Assembly: GCA_043228905.1 (NCBI GenBank)
Contig: JBHGNT010000020.1
Coordinates: forward strand, 12,896,001 to 12,960,000
Length of the DNA stretch: 64,000 nt
From: Azolla caroliniana
Taxonomy: Eukaryota; Plantae; Polypodiophyta
Direction: 5' to 3'
The notes below the pieces were generated by a model. It did not search any database. It saw only the letters and a list, made by a program, of their open reading frames with translations, and had not been told where the DNA came from. The translations under genes and the position numbers were made by a program. Shown piece by piece: positions 1-12,159 of this stretch. Positions within the stretch are counted from its first letter, which is position 1. Every line of letters begins with the position of its first letter.

Positions 1-368
1 AGGTCGAGTCGGACAAGGCCGTCATAGTCGGCAGATCCAAGAGCGTAATGACAAGAATATGCGGAATATTGCTCTGCCACAACCGAGTCTCAAGATCAAC
101 CATAGAAAGCTGAGAATAGTAAGAAATGCACGTATACACACAAAGAATAGAGCAAGAGAAAGTACACAGGATGTTTATGTGGAAAACACTAAACGGGAAA
201 AACCACGGGAGCCCACTAGCTCCAACTATCACTATGTAGGGAGAATACAACAGGAGGAGCACAGAGGCAACGACCTCGTGCTCTCAATCTTTGCCTGACG
301 GCAGTTACAACAGAGACATGCTTTGTATCACTCTCTCTCTCTCTACAACAGTTACACTGGGAACTCTT

Positions 369-635
369 TGTTGAAAAACAGTGCTCGGCCACAACCGAGG
401 AATAGGATCAACTTTCAGAAAACACGAAATACAAAGTGCACAAGGACAATAGTGAGAGAAAGGTACACTGGATGTTTTACGTGGAAAACCCTAAATGGGG
501 AAAAACCACGGGAGTCCTCAAACTCCAACTATCAGTATAAACAGAGATGTACAATGGTGAAGCTACAAGGCAACAACCTTGAGCTCACTGTCTTCGCCAC
601 AGGCGGCGGCAGTACACAGAGGCAACGACCTCTTC

Positions 636-692
<57 letters not shown>

Positions 693-1023
693 CTGCACTC
701 TCTTCGCATAAAATGAGCAACAACAACAAACTGTTTGCCCTAAGTCATATTTATACACATATGACTTTCGGGCTATTTACAAATATAGCCTCAAGGGCCC
801 TTGGCAAACATATTCACAAATATGTCCCCCGCATCCGGATCTCTCTCCGGGTACATTCGTCATCCGGCTCCGTAACCGGGGTCTTCATCATCCGGATCCG
901 TATCCGGGTACTCTTCATCCGGCTTCATGCCGGGTACTCTTCATCATCCGGTTCCGTAACCGCAACCGGGCTTGCCGTCATTCATCTCCGGACATCCCAT
1001 CCGGAGGGACCGAAATCCCAACA
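369..1023 (-). repeat. 3' LTR of the young copia element (655 bp, contains a (CT)n tract)
   Basis: tgttgaaaaacagtg...aatcccaaca; direct repeat of 5139-5790. Confidence 0.97.
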
Positions 1024-1033
1024 AACTCCCCCT
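1024..1033 (-). promoter_or_regulatory. Polypurine tract
   Basis: aactccccct reads AGGGGGAGTT on the minus strand, directly next to the 3' LTR. Confidence 0.9.
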
Positions 1034-4000
1034 TCACTTCGGCATGGGATGTTTCTCCAATCCGACCCTCTTCCGGCATGCTTCCAGCTTGTCGGGTGTG
1101 AGCACCTTGGTCAGCATATCCGACCCGTTCTCGTCCGTGTGGATCTTCGTCAGCACGAACTCCTTGTCTTCTATCCTTTCCCGGATCCAGTGATATCTTC
1201 GCTGGATGTGCTTCGTCCGGGAGTGATAGGCCGCGTTCTTCGCAAGGTGGATGGCACTCTGACTGTCGCAGTAGAGTCGGTACTCCTCTTGCCGGATACC
1301 GAGCTCTCTAATGAAGTCCTTCATCCATATTATTTCCTTGCCGGCTTCAACAGCCGCCATGTACTCCGCCTCCGTGGTTGACAACGCAACCGTCTTCTGC
1401 AGCCTCGACTGCCATGAAACAGCTCCCCCTGCATACGTCATCACATACCCTGATGTGGACCGGCTGGTATCTGCATCAGCCGACATATCCGAATCGGTGA
1501 AGCCGTCGAGTTCGGGCTTGCCGGAGCCGAATCGGAGGCACATGTTTGCCGTGCCCTTCAGGTATCGGAGTATCCACTTGGCCGCGTTCCAATGCTCTTT
1601 GCCGGGATTACTCATGTACCGGCTCACCACTCCGACTGCATATCCTATGTCCGGTCTCGTACACACCATGGCGTACATCAAGCTCCCGACGGCTGAGGCA
1701 TACGGCACTTTCATCATATCCTCCTTTTCAGCCTTTGTCTTGGGACTTTGCTTGCTGGACAGCTTGCAGTTTGCCGGGAGGGTCGATCCGACCGGTCTTG
1801 CTTCCGACATGTTGAACCGGTGAAGCACCTTCGTCACGTACTTCTCCTGTGACAGCCACAACTGCTTCTTCTTCCGGTCCCGGATGATGTGCATCCCTAG
1901 TATTTGCCTCGCCGGACCCAGGTCCTTCATTGAGAAGGTTCGGTGAAGAGCCTTCTTCAGCATCCGTATCTTGACCTGGTCCCGTCCGACGATCAACATG
2001 TCGTCCACGTACAGGAGGAGTATTAGAGAGTCTCCTCCTTCGAACTTCTTCACAAACACGCAGTGGTCGGACTGCATTTTGAGGTACCCTTCGTCGGTCA
2101 TGAAGGAGTCGAACTTCCGGTACCATTGCCGGGGAGCCTGCTTCAGTCCGTAAAGGCTCTTCTTCAACCGGCATACCAGGTGCTCCTTCCCTTTCTTCTC
2201 GAATCCTTCCGGTTGCTGCATGTAGATCTCTTCATCGAGGTCACCGTGAAGGAATGCCGTCTTCACGTCCATCTGTTCTACCTCGAGGTCCATGCTTGCC
2301 GCTATGCTCAGCACCGTCCGGATGGAGGTCATCTTCACTACCGGGGCAAATATCTCGTCGAAGTCGACGCCCTTCTTCTGCTGAAACCCCTTCACCACGA
2401 TCCTGGCTTTGTATCTCGGGGGGTTTCCGGCATCTCCCGGTTTCAGCTTGAACACCCACTTGTTACGGAGTGCCCGTTTTCCTTTCGGCAGCTCCACAAG
2501 TTCATATGTGTGGTTCTCATGCAGGGAATCCATCTCCTCCTGCATGGCACTTAACCACCTGCGGCTATGGGTGTCATGCTTCGCTTCTTCGAAGCTTTCC
2601 GGCTCCCCTTCGTCGGTTAGCAGCACGTGCTCTGGTTCCGGAAATCTCCGGGGGGGCCTTCTCTCTCTTAGAGGATATCTCCGTTCCGGAGCTTCGGTAA
2701 TCGGTTCTTCCGATTCTTCTTCATCCGAATCCATTTCGGGATCGGGGCCGGTTCCGGTATCATTTTCATCTTCTTCGGCCGGTTCTGTTTCTTCACCGTC
2801 TTCGGCCGGATCCTCGAGTGCTAACCGGTCCCTTGCCGGTCGGGACTGCTCCTCGTAGAGTTGATCCTCACCGGTCGACTTTGAGCTCTTCATCTTCTTC
2901 TCCGACTCCCAGTCGGCGAGTGTCTTGTCCTCCATGAAGATGATGTCTCGACTCCTGAATATCTTCTTGTCGACCGGGTCCCATACTCGGTAGCCGAACT
3001 CGTCGTCGCCGTATCCAAGGAATATGCATGGCCGGGTCTTTGGATCTAGCTTTCCTCTCCGGTCCTTTGCCACATGCACGTATGCGAGACACCCGAACAC
3101 CTTCAGATGCCGGTAGGACACTTCCTTACCGGTCCACACTTTCTGCGGCGTGTCTCCGTCCAAAGGTACTGAGGGTGATCTGTTTATCACGTATGTCGCC
3201 GTCGACATTGCCTCAGCCCAAAACCCCTTGGGTAATTTCGCATGTGCCAGCATACTCCGGACCCTCTCCATTATGGTCCGGTTCATCCTCTCGGCCAGCC
3301 CGTTCAGTTCCGGCGTCTTCGGCACAGTAAACTCGAGTCGGATTCCCTTCGAGCGACAGTACTCCTGGAACTGCCCCCGGTATTCCCCTCCGTTATCCGC
3401 TCGTATCGCTTTCAGCTTCTTGCCGGATTCCCTTTCCACTCTCGCGTGGAGTTCTTTGAAGACGCACAACACTTGGTCCTTTGTCTTCAACGGTGCCGTC
3501 CACAGCTTCCGGCTGTGGTCATCAATGAATGTCACGAAGTACTGGGCTCCGCCATGTGACTTCGTTTCTACTTGACACACGTCAGTGTGCACCAACTCCA
3601 ATGGTGCGCTACGTCTCGTCGGTGGCCTTGAGTGGAAGGAGGTTCGGTTCTATTTACCGGCCAGGCAATCGGTGCACTTCTCCAGATGCACATGCTTCAC
3701 TGGAATGAGATTGTCTTCTGCAAGCCTCTTCATCCCCTTCTCGCTCATGTGGCACAGTCTCTTGTGCCACAGCTCACCGGCAGTGTCGGCTGCCACGTTC
3801 AGCTCCTCCGGACATAGCCGGGAATTCATCAGGTACAGGGTGTTGACCTTCCGGGCCCGAGCCACTATCAGGCTCCCCTTGCTGAACTTCATGACACCGT
3901 TCCGGATGCTACCCGTGTAGCCTTCATCATCTAGCCTCCCGGCCGAAATCAGGTTCAATCGAACCTCCGGAACGTGTCGGACATCCTTCAGCAGCATCTT

Positions 4001-5107
4001 GCATCCGGTTGATGTCATCAGCCACACGTCTCCTATGCCGGCAATCCGGCATGTACCTTCATTTCCCATCCGGACACAGCCGTGCTCACCGGCTGTGTAG
4101 GATGAGAAGTATTTCTTCTCCGGGGTCAGGTGGAACGACGCTCCGGAATCGACCACCCAGGTCATCTCTTCACCGGCAAGGTTCAGCTCCGACTCTTCGG
4201 TAATGAGCATTATCTCTTCTTCACTTGCCGCGAGTGCCGTTGTTCCTTTCCGGTCCTGCCCTCGCCGATCCGAACCTCTCCGGTCCGTGGCTCCCCGGTA
4301 TGCACCGTTTCTCTCCGGTGACTTCTTCGAATCGGTGTCGACGGCTCCGTTGTCTTTTCGGTAATGCCGACAATTCTTTCGGAAGTGCCCCGGCTTCCCA
4401 CAGTGGAAGCATGTGGGCCTTCCTCTTGACTGCGACCGGGTCCCCGACTTCTCCCGTCTTTGCGGACTCCGGTTCCATTGTCTTCCCCGATCCGATTCGG
4501 TAAGCAGCGCCTTCGAGTCGGAGGCCAGTTCTTTATCTCTCCGACGCGCTTCTTCGTTCAAAATACTTGTCTTTACCGTTTGTAAGGACAAGTTACCTTC
4601 GGTGCAGGAGGTGCTGAGAGTCACCACCAAGTTCTCCCAGCTTTCCGGCAATGTACACATCAGGATGATGGCTTGCATTGCATCCTCCAACGGGAACTTG
4701 ATCGCCGCAAGCTGATTCACGAATCCCATGAACGTGCTTACGTGTTCCACCATACTCTCGCCGTCCCGGTACTTGAGATTCACTATCTTCCTCATCAGGG
4801 AGGTCCGGTTCAACGCATTCTTCCTCTCGTAGAGGCCCGACAGCTTCTTCCACATCTCATATGCGTTGGTGTCGTTCGCCACATGTTGTAGGACGCTTAC
4901 ATCGACATATTGTCGGATCGTCGCTACGGCTTTCCGGTTCAGGAGCTTCCACTCCGACTCAAGTACCCCCTTCGGTATTTCCGACCTGTCAATCGGTTCG
5001 TACAGGTCCCGAACAATCAGAAGATCCTCCATCTTGATCTTCCAGTCGGCGTAATTCTGCGCATTCAGCACCATCATCCCCGGAGGCCCACTACCGCCGC
5101 CTTCCAT
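1034..5107 (-). pseudogene. Copia gag-pol polyprotein with one in-frame TAG at 3650-3652
   Basis: ATG at 5107 (MEGGGSGPPG). Motifs: zinc knuckle CFHCGKPGHFRKNC, protease WVVDSGAS, LWHKRLCH...CTDCLAGK*, integrase VHTDVC...ADNGGEY...NGLAERMNR, RT LLYVDDML, RNase H FTDSD...STTEAEY...YCDSQSA. The two track ORFs are in the same frame across the stop. Confidence 0.93.
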
Positions 5108-5123
5108 TTTCTGTGTTAACCAT

Positions 5124-5135
5124 GCTCTGATACCA
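5124..5135 (-). promoter_or_regulatory. Primer-binding site (tRNA-iMet)
   Basis: gctctgatacca reads TGGTATCAGAGC on the minus strand, 3 nt from the 5' LTR. Confidence 0.95.
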
Positions 5136-5138
5136 ATT

Positions 5139-5406
5139 TGTTGAAAAACAGTGCTCGGCCACAACCGAGGAATAGGATCAACTTTCAGAAAACAGGAAAT
5201 ACAAAGTGCACCAAGGACAATAGTGAGAGAAAGGTACACTGGATGTTTTACGTGGAAAACCCTAAATGGGGAAAAACCACGGGAGTCCTCAAACTCCAAC
5301 TATCAGTATAAACAGAGATGTACAATGGTGAAGCTACAAGGCAACAACCTTGAGCTCACTGTCTTCGCCACAGGCGGCGGCAGTACACAGAGGCAACGAC
5401 CTCTTC

Positions 5407-5459
<53 letters not shown>

Positions 5460-5790
5460 CTGCACTCTCTTCGCATAAAATGAGCAACAACAACAAACTG
5501 TTTGCCCTAAGTCATATTTATACACATATGACTTTCGGGCTATTTACAAATATAGCCTCAAGGGCCCTTGGCAAACATATTCACAAATATGTCCCCCGCA
5601 TCCGGATCTCTCTCCGGGTACATTCGTCATCCGGCTCCGTAACCGGGGTCTTCATCATCCGGATCCGTATCCGGGTACTCTTCATCCGGCTTCATGCCGG
5701 GTACTCTTCATCATCCGGTTCCGTAACCGCAACCGGGCTTGCCGTCATTCATCTCCGGACATCCCATCCGGAGGGACCGAAATCCCAACA
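5139..5790 (-). repeat. 5' LTR of the young copia element (652 bp)
   Basis: Differences from the 3' LTR seen by eye: one substitution, one 1-bp indel and the (CT)n length. Confidence 0.97.
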
Positions 5791-6870
5791 CTCTTACGAT
5801 ACTACTAGCCTCAATGCCACTACTCAATACAGTGTTTGCCCTAGGTCATATTTATACTAATATGACTTTCGGGCTATTTACAAGTATAGCCACAATGGGC
5901 TAACAGAAACATATTTACATCTATGTCCCTTCATGCGGTTCTCACCAGGCCTTCCTTGCCGGGTACTCATCTCCCATCTGAAGGAACCGAAATCCTAACA
6001 GGATACAGATCCAATCAACAGGGTTGGAAGAATGAAGGAGGACGCGCGTGCATAACACGAGTAGGTTACGAAGAAATTTTCAAAGCCGGAGAAGGATCCA
6101 CCACACTTGTACCAGAGACCCTCGGCAACTCAGTCGGGGTGGCGACGGCTGGCGTGGCAAGCATAAGCCCAAGGTGATAAGCAGGTGGGGCCGAGAGGTT
6201 GAAGGCAATGTCGGGCGACGATGCCGGGCCCAACCGACGTGACACGGAGACGACGGGTCGTGCGGGCCAAAAGACAAGCTTAGGGTGATCTTGTGCGGGT
6301 AGCTACCCGGAAAGCTACCAAGGACACCCAAGCGGATAACGGTGTGCCGAGCTGGAAAGGGCACACCCGGAGGCGAGTCAGAAGGCATGCGTGTGGCCAC
6401 TGAGGGCCGAGGTATGAGCACGGGGAGAGAATGGAGTTCGGCACGGGTGGCGTCGAGCGAAGGAGGACGGCAGATTGAGCCTCTTGCGGGGCGTAGTCAA
6501 GGGTTACGCGGCACACGGAGGCGCATGGATGAGAATACGGGTGCAAAGACAGTTTGCTCAGGCCGGTAGCCTCGAAGAACATCGAAGGCCCAAGAAGGAT
6601 ACTTCACACCAGTTCCGGATACCCCAACAGTGCGGCCGACGTGGCAACCTGAGACCGAGGGAGATGGACGATGATGGCAAGGGGACAAGGGCAATGGCGA
6701 ACAACGGCACCAGACAAGCAATAAAGGCATCGCAGAGATCGACGGTGGCCAAGCGGGCTACTACGGGATGCTCCTCGAACACGGAGGACATCAGGTGTAC
6801 GACGTAGAAAGGGGCATGCATACGGTCGGTCGAGGGCTGCGAGAGGAGCACACGTACGAAAAGAGATCAC

Positions 6871-8955
6871 GGAAACATCGTGAACAAAAAGTTACGCCGG
6901 TCCACCCGAGAAAAGAACCTCGTAAGCCGTTACGACTACAATGGGTACATGGCGCATCATTACGCCTTTATGATGAAGGTAGCGTCAGTACGGGAGCCGG
7001 AAACCCTTTCCAAAGCTGTAAAGGATCTGCGATGGGTCGATGCGATGAATGAAGAAATGCAAGCCCTATGCAAAAACGAGACATGGGATCTCGTTCCTTA
7101 CATTCTGCACAAGAAAGCAATTGGTTGCCGTTGGATTTACAAAGTAAAACACAATGCTGACGGCCCCATAAATCGCTTCAAAGCACGGCTCATTGCGGAA
7201 GGATATGCACAAACGCACGGAGTTGACTACGAAGAGACCTTTGCCCTAGTGGCAAAGATGATAACTATGCAAACTGCGGTTGTACTTGCAACAACAAAAG
7301 GGTGGCTCCTCCATCAAATGGACGTGAATAATGCCTTCCTCGAAGGGTAACTAGAGGAGGAAGTGTACATGATCCAACCACTTGGCTTTGAATCGTGCAA
7401 TCATCCGAACGTCGTGTGCCGACTCAAGACGCCACTCTACGACCTCAAACAAGCACCGCGTGCATGGCATTCGAAGATCACGTAGTATCTTCATCAAATC
7501 GGATTTCGAATGTCACAATCTAATAACTCTCTGTACATCCGAAAGGATTGTCATCATCCTATACGTGGATGATTTGGTCATTGGAGGAAAGGAGCTTGCC
7601 TAGATTAACAAGGTCAAATCACTTCTCTCCGGTAGATTCGAAATGAAAGACCTGAATGAGCTACATTACTTCTTAGGCATCAAAGTTAGACACCAGTCAG
7701 GATAACGATCTCACAACGACACTACGTCCTCAACTTACTCTATAAGTTTTGGATGACAGAGTACAAACCTGTGTCCACCCCGCTTGACCGAAATCTCAAG
7801 CTTGATGTCGATTCTGGCACAACCGAGTGCAAGTCAACTCAGTATCGCCAATTGATCGGCAACCTCATCTACCTAACCATTATGCGACTCGACCTCACCT
7901 ATTCGGTCGGTCTACTCAGCCAATTCATTCAGAAACCGTGAAACCTTTATCTTGACTACGCGAAGAGGATACTACGGTACGTCGGTGGTACGATGGATTA
8001 CAACGTCAAATACAGGTCAAATACGATAATTCGACTTGAAGGGTACACAGATGCGGACTGGGGAGGTTATAAAGGGGATAGACAGTCAACATCAGGATTC
8101 GTTTTCTCCCTTAGCAACAGAGCAATCTCATGGAGTAGCAAAAAGCAACCGACAATCGCACTGTTGAGCACGGAGGCCAAATACAGGGGCATGACGGTCA
8201 CCGCATGCGAAGCCATATGGCTCAAGCATATACTAAAGGATCTAGGCGTACCCATCAAGGATCCGATTCGTCTATACTGTGACAACATGAGCAGTATCTA
8301 CCTAGCACAGAACCCCGTATTCATTCCACGCGCGGACTAAGCATGTCGAAGTGCACTACCACTTCATCTGCAAATGCGTGCAGGCCGGAGATATAGACTT
8401 GCACCACATCAGCACGAATCTACAGGTAGCCGACATTTTCACGAATGTCCTAGGTATCGACAAGCTGCGACAGTTCAGGTTGAACCTTGGGCTATCTCTT
8501 CCCAACCAACTGAGCTTGAGGGGGAGTACAGAACAGAATAGAGAACCGATCGATTGATCAAAGCACATGTTGGCCGAACAAGGAGTACACAACCGAAAAG
8601 CTGAACAATCGAATCCGAAGACCGATCCGAAACAATTTTTTGATATCCGGAAGTTGTGTTCGAAGGGGCGTGTTGAGAATCGAACTCAACTTCCCATAGA
8701 AATAGGTTTCACTCTTGCTCATGGACATACCATGCTAGTTTTGTAAATAGTAGAAAGGACCCTTGCCCTAGTTTAGTTGGTATTTAAACCAACCCTTTGT
8801 AACTTTGTTACCGTTGGATGTAATACATAGTTTTCTCATCTTAAGACTCTCTCTCTCAATTTCGCATAAGTGCTCATACGCGCGCGCGTGTGCGCGCACA
8901 CACACACACATAGTCCTATTGGTGCCTACAATCACTCTCCTTTCTTTTCACAACA
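6871..8955 (+). mobile_element. Decayed copia 3' half: RT-RNase H, spacer, PPT and 3' LTR (8671-8955)
   Basis: KARLIAEGYAQTHGVDYEETF, QMDVNNAFL, ILYVDDLVI, GYTDADW, LYCDNMSSI with many stops and frameshifts. gaaggggcg is followed by tgttgagaatc...caaca. Confidence 0.88.
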
Positions 8956-9729
8956 ACAAAGGATGCTTCATCGAGAAAGATGGTCGACTCATAGCTAAGG
9001 GATGGAGAGACAACCGAATGTTCATTCTCAATTCAAACGAGGTGAAATCAGCCATGTATGCCAAAGGTCTCAAAACCGAGACAAGCATTGAGTTGTGGCA
9101 CAAGAGAATCAGCCACATCAACCTCCAACATCTCCGAGCTATGCAAACAAAGGGAGTCGTCATCGGACTTCCGACCTCCGAGTTGAAACGAGTCGACCGA
9201 GTGTGCGAAGTGTGTCAACTCGGCAAACAACATCGACTCCCATTTCTGAAGGAGAGCTACGTAAGCAAAGGCCTCCTTGATGTCATACACTCGAATGTAT
9301 GGGAACCAACTGAAACGCCGACGATCGGTGGATGCCGATACTACGTCACCTTCATCAACAACAATTCCCACTACACGTGGATCTTTCCAATGAAGAAGAA
9401 GAGAGAAGTGTTCTTCCACTTCCAAAAGCTCAAGGGCCAAGTCGAAAACGAAACCGGTTGGCACATTCGATGCCTATGATTGGATGGAGGCAAGGAGTCC
9501 TTCTCCAACGAATTCATCTCCTACCTCCACGGTGAAGGCATCCAGAGAGAATTCTCATGCCGACGCACACCCCAACAAAATGGAGTTGCCGACAAGAAGA
9601 ATCAGCACGCACTCAAGGTAGCATGCGCCATGATGCATGAGAAGCACATGTTAAACTTCTATTGGGCCAAAGCGGCATCCACGACCGTCTATCTCATGAA
9701 TCGATGCACCACTAATGGAGTGCATGAGC

Positions 9730-10174
9730 TGTTGAGATATCAAGCTCAACTAGTTTAATCTAGTTAGTCAACACATGTAACTTAGTAGTTACCTAGATCG
9801 AATCTAGTTAATGTGTCGACCTTAAGCCTTTAAATAGGACCTTGTACTTAAGTGGGATATTCTAGATCCTCCACTCCTTAGTACATTTAATGTAGGACTT
9901 ACACATAAGTACCTATGTTCTACCCACACATGTGCACCTTTGCACATGGGTTGTATATATACCTCATTGTGGGTATTTTTGAATGTTGATGACACTTTTC
10001 AATATAGTCAATCATCCCCCATTTATCATCGTGTTCAAGTGTAACTTCCTCTCTCTCTCTCTCTCTCTTCCTCTCACACACTCTCACGCGCATATCATAC
10101 TAATCTTCCGCTGCTTAATGTAACCATATAATTAGTCTCTAATTAACCCTAGTTAATTACCTAATTACTTAACA
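9730..10174 (+). repeat. 5' LTR
   Basis: tgttgagatatcaagc...ttacttaaca, followed directly by the PBS. Confidence 0.95.
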
Positions 10175-10350
10175 TGGTATCAGAGCGCGTGGTTTAGGAA
10201 ATCCACTAAGCCCATCGCTTATTCGTGATTGTGTGTTCGAGACGCCGACGACAAATCCCGGCTATTTGCTATCCGCTACCGTAGTGCCGCTACGAAGGAC
10301 GTGTACGCGACCAAGAGAAGAAAAACAAAACGGAAGACACAACAATCAAC

Positions 10351-11283
10351 ATGAACAAACAAATGGGAAGCTCACTCCCTAGTGAAAAGCTAGACCGAAG
10401 CAACTATTCATCTTGGGAGTACAAGATGAATCAATACCTTGTCGGCCAAGGGTATTGGAGCTACATCAACGGAGCACAAGAAAACAAACCCGAAACCACA
10501 CACGCCAACTACCCAACATGGGAGCAAGGAGTGAGTCGGGTAATGTATTGCTTGGCAACATGTGTAAACGATCACATGCTTAGCCACATTCGTGACGCCA
10601 AGACGCCCAAAGAGGCGTGGGAAAATCTCAAGAAAATTTTCGCCGCGGACACATCCGCGCGCAAGCTTCAACTTCGGCAAGAGTTGAACAACATACGACA
10701 AAAAGAAATGTACGTGACGGACTACACCGCCAAGATCAAGAGCATTTGCGACTCTCTTGGCTCCATCAACGTCAACATCAACGAGGACGAGATGGTGCAA
10801 GTATGCTTGGGCGGCCTTGCACAACGATTCAACCCGTTGAGAACGGCAATCTTGGCAAGAGATACCCCTCCCTCGTTCTTCAACCTCCAATCAATGTTAT
10901 TGGTCGAAGGAAACCACGTTCAACCAAAGACCAACACATCGGAAGGACAAATGCTCTTCTCCAATACGGATGGTGCCCATAGACGAGGTCGACGCGGAAG
11001 AGGTCAATTCGACCTATCCCACGAAGGGAATTCACAATTTCGGCAAGGAAACGGAAGCCATCGAGGAACCTTCACAAGAAGTGGGAGCTTCCACGCCGAA
11101 CAAGGTCGGCGAACGACGCCACCTACGTGCAACTATTGCGGCAAAATCGGCCATCGCGAAGAGGAGTGCCGAAAAAGACGAAGCGAGTCGGCCTCAACAA
11201 GCCGGCAACTCACAAATTACGCCGCGAACGCGGAATACGCAGACTACGGCGGACTACGGCGGACTCTTCGTGATGAGGCATAG
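10351..11283 (+). CDS. Copia Gag, open ORF; the last residues are out of frame after a 10-bp duplication
   Basis: KLDRSNYSSWEYKM...AWENLKKIF and zinc knuckle CNYCGKIGHREEEC. Confidence 0.85.
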   Translation: MNKQMGSSLPSEKLDRSNYSSWEYKMNQYLVGQGYWSYINGAQENKPETTHANYPTWEQGVSRVMYCLATCVNDHMLSHIRDAKTPKEAWENLKKIFAADTSARKLQLRQELNNIRQKEMYVTDYTAKIKSICDSLGSINVNINEDEMVQVCLGGLAQRFNPLRTAILARDTPPSFFNLQSMLLVEGNHVQPKTNTSEGQMLFSNTDGAHRRGRRGRGQFDLSHEGNSQFRQGNGSHRGTFTRSGSFHAEQGRRTTPPTCNYCGKIGHREEECRKRRSESASTSRQLTNYAANAEYADYGGLRRTLRDEA

Positions 11284-11988
11284 AGCAAACTCTATGATGG
11301 CCTCCGATCCCGCAAACTCCGCAAGCACCTCCAACTCCGAACACACGTGGTTCGTAGACTCCGGCGCCTCGCACCACATGACGTCGCACCAAGAGTGGTT
11401 TCGCGACTTGCGAATGCCGGATCGACCCAGCTACATAGAGACCGGAGATGACACTCGGCATCCCATTCGACACATCGACGATGTCCCATTCGGGAAAGAA
11501 GGCGAGCAAACTTGCACCAAGAATGTGTTGCATGTGCCCACAATAACAAAGAATTTGGTCTTGGTCGGCCAAATCGTGGAGCAAGGCATGCAAGTCCGCT
11601 TCAACAATGAAGGTTGCTTCATCGAGAAAGACGACCGACTCATAGCCAAGGGACAGAGAGACGGTCGCTTGTTCATCCTCGACTCAAACGAGGTAAAATC
11701 GGCCATGTACGCCAAAGGTCTCAAGACCGAGACAAACATCGAGTTGTGGCACAAGCGAATCGGCCACGTAAACCTCTAACAGCTTCGCGGAATGCAATCA
11801 AAGGGAGTCGTAATCGGACTCCCGGCCTTCGAATCGAAACGAGTTGACTGAGTGTGTGAAGCATGCCAACTCGGCAAGCAACATCGACTCCCATTCCCGA
11901 AGGAGAGCTCCACAAGCAAAGGCCTCCTCGACGTCATACACTCGGATGTATGGGGACCGGCTCAAACGCCGACGCTCGGCGGATGCCG
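11262..11988 (+). pseudogene. Copia protease, pre-integrase and integrase start, disrupted
   Basis: WFVDSGASHHM, NVLHVPTITKNLV, LWHKRIGHVNL*, HSDVWGP...GGCR. Confidence 0.85.
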
Positions 11989-12159
11989 CTAGTGCACTGT
12001 ATAAGGAGTTCCGTTATAGCCATCTCTCTTATACGCTACTAGGATATGGGGAGATATCCTATTACATATTAAGGTACGTCGGTACCATTCATTGCAACGC
12101 AATCACCTTGAGGTCTAGGTCGAAGGACTGACTATAGACCGTGTTCCTAATCGGTAACA

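Larger units (their letters stand above)
369..5790 (-). mobile_element. Ty1/copia LTR retrotransposon, full length and very young (Tnt1/Tork-like organisation)
   Basis: Near-identical TG...CA LTRs at 369-1023 and 5139-5790, perfect TSD CTCTT (364-368, 5791-5795), tRNA-iMet PBS, PPT, and gag-PR-IN-RT-RH domain order. Confidence 0.97.
60..6000 (-). mobile_element. Older copia solo LTR (segments 60-368 and 5791-6000) split by insertion of a younger related element
   Basis: Begins TG (tgcggaatatt) and ends ...gaaccgaaatcctaaCA. It shares blocks with the young element's LTR (gccacaaccgag, gaaaaaccacgggag, tatgactttcgggctatttaca). Flanks gaata (55-59) and ggata (6001-6005) form a 5-bp TSD with one mismatch. 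Confidence 0.75.

Noticed and set aside
323-1381. 352-aa plus-strand ORF, and the similar ORFs at 5151-5860
   Set aside because: They run antisense through the LTR, its (CT)n tract and RNase H, and have no protein-like features.
11230-11285. Apparent programmed gag/pol frameshift
   Set aside because: It is explained by a 10-bp tandem duplication (gactacggcg x2 at 11242-11261), and there is no slippery heptamer.
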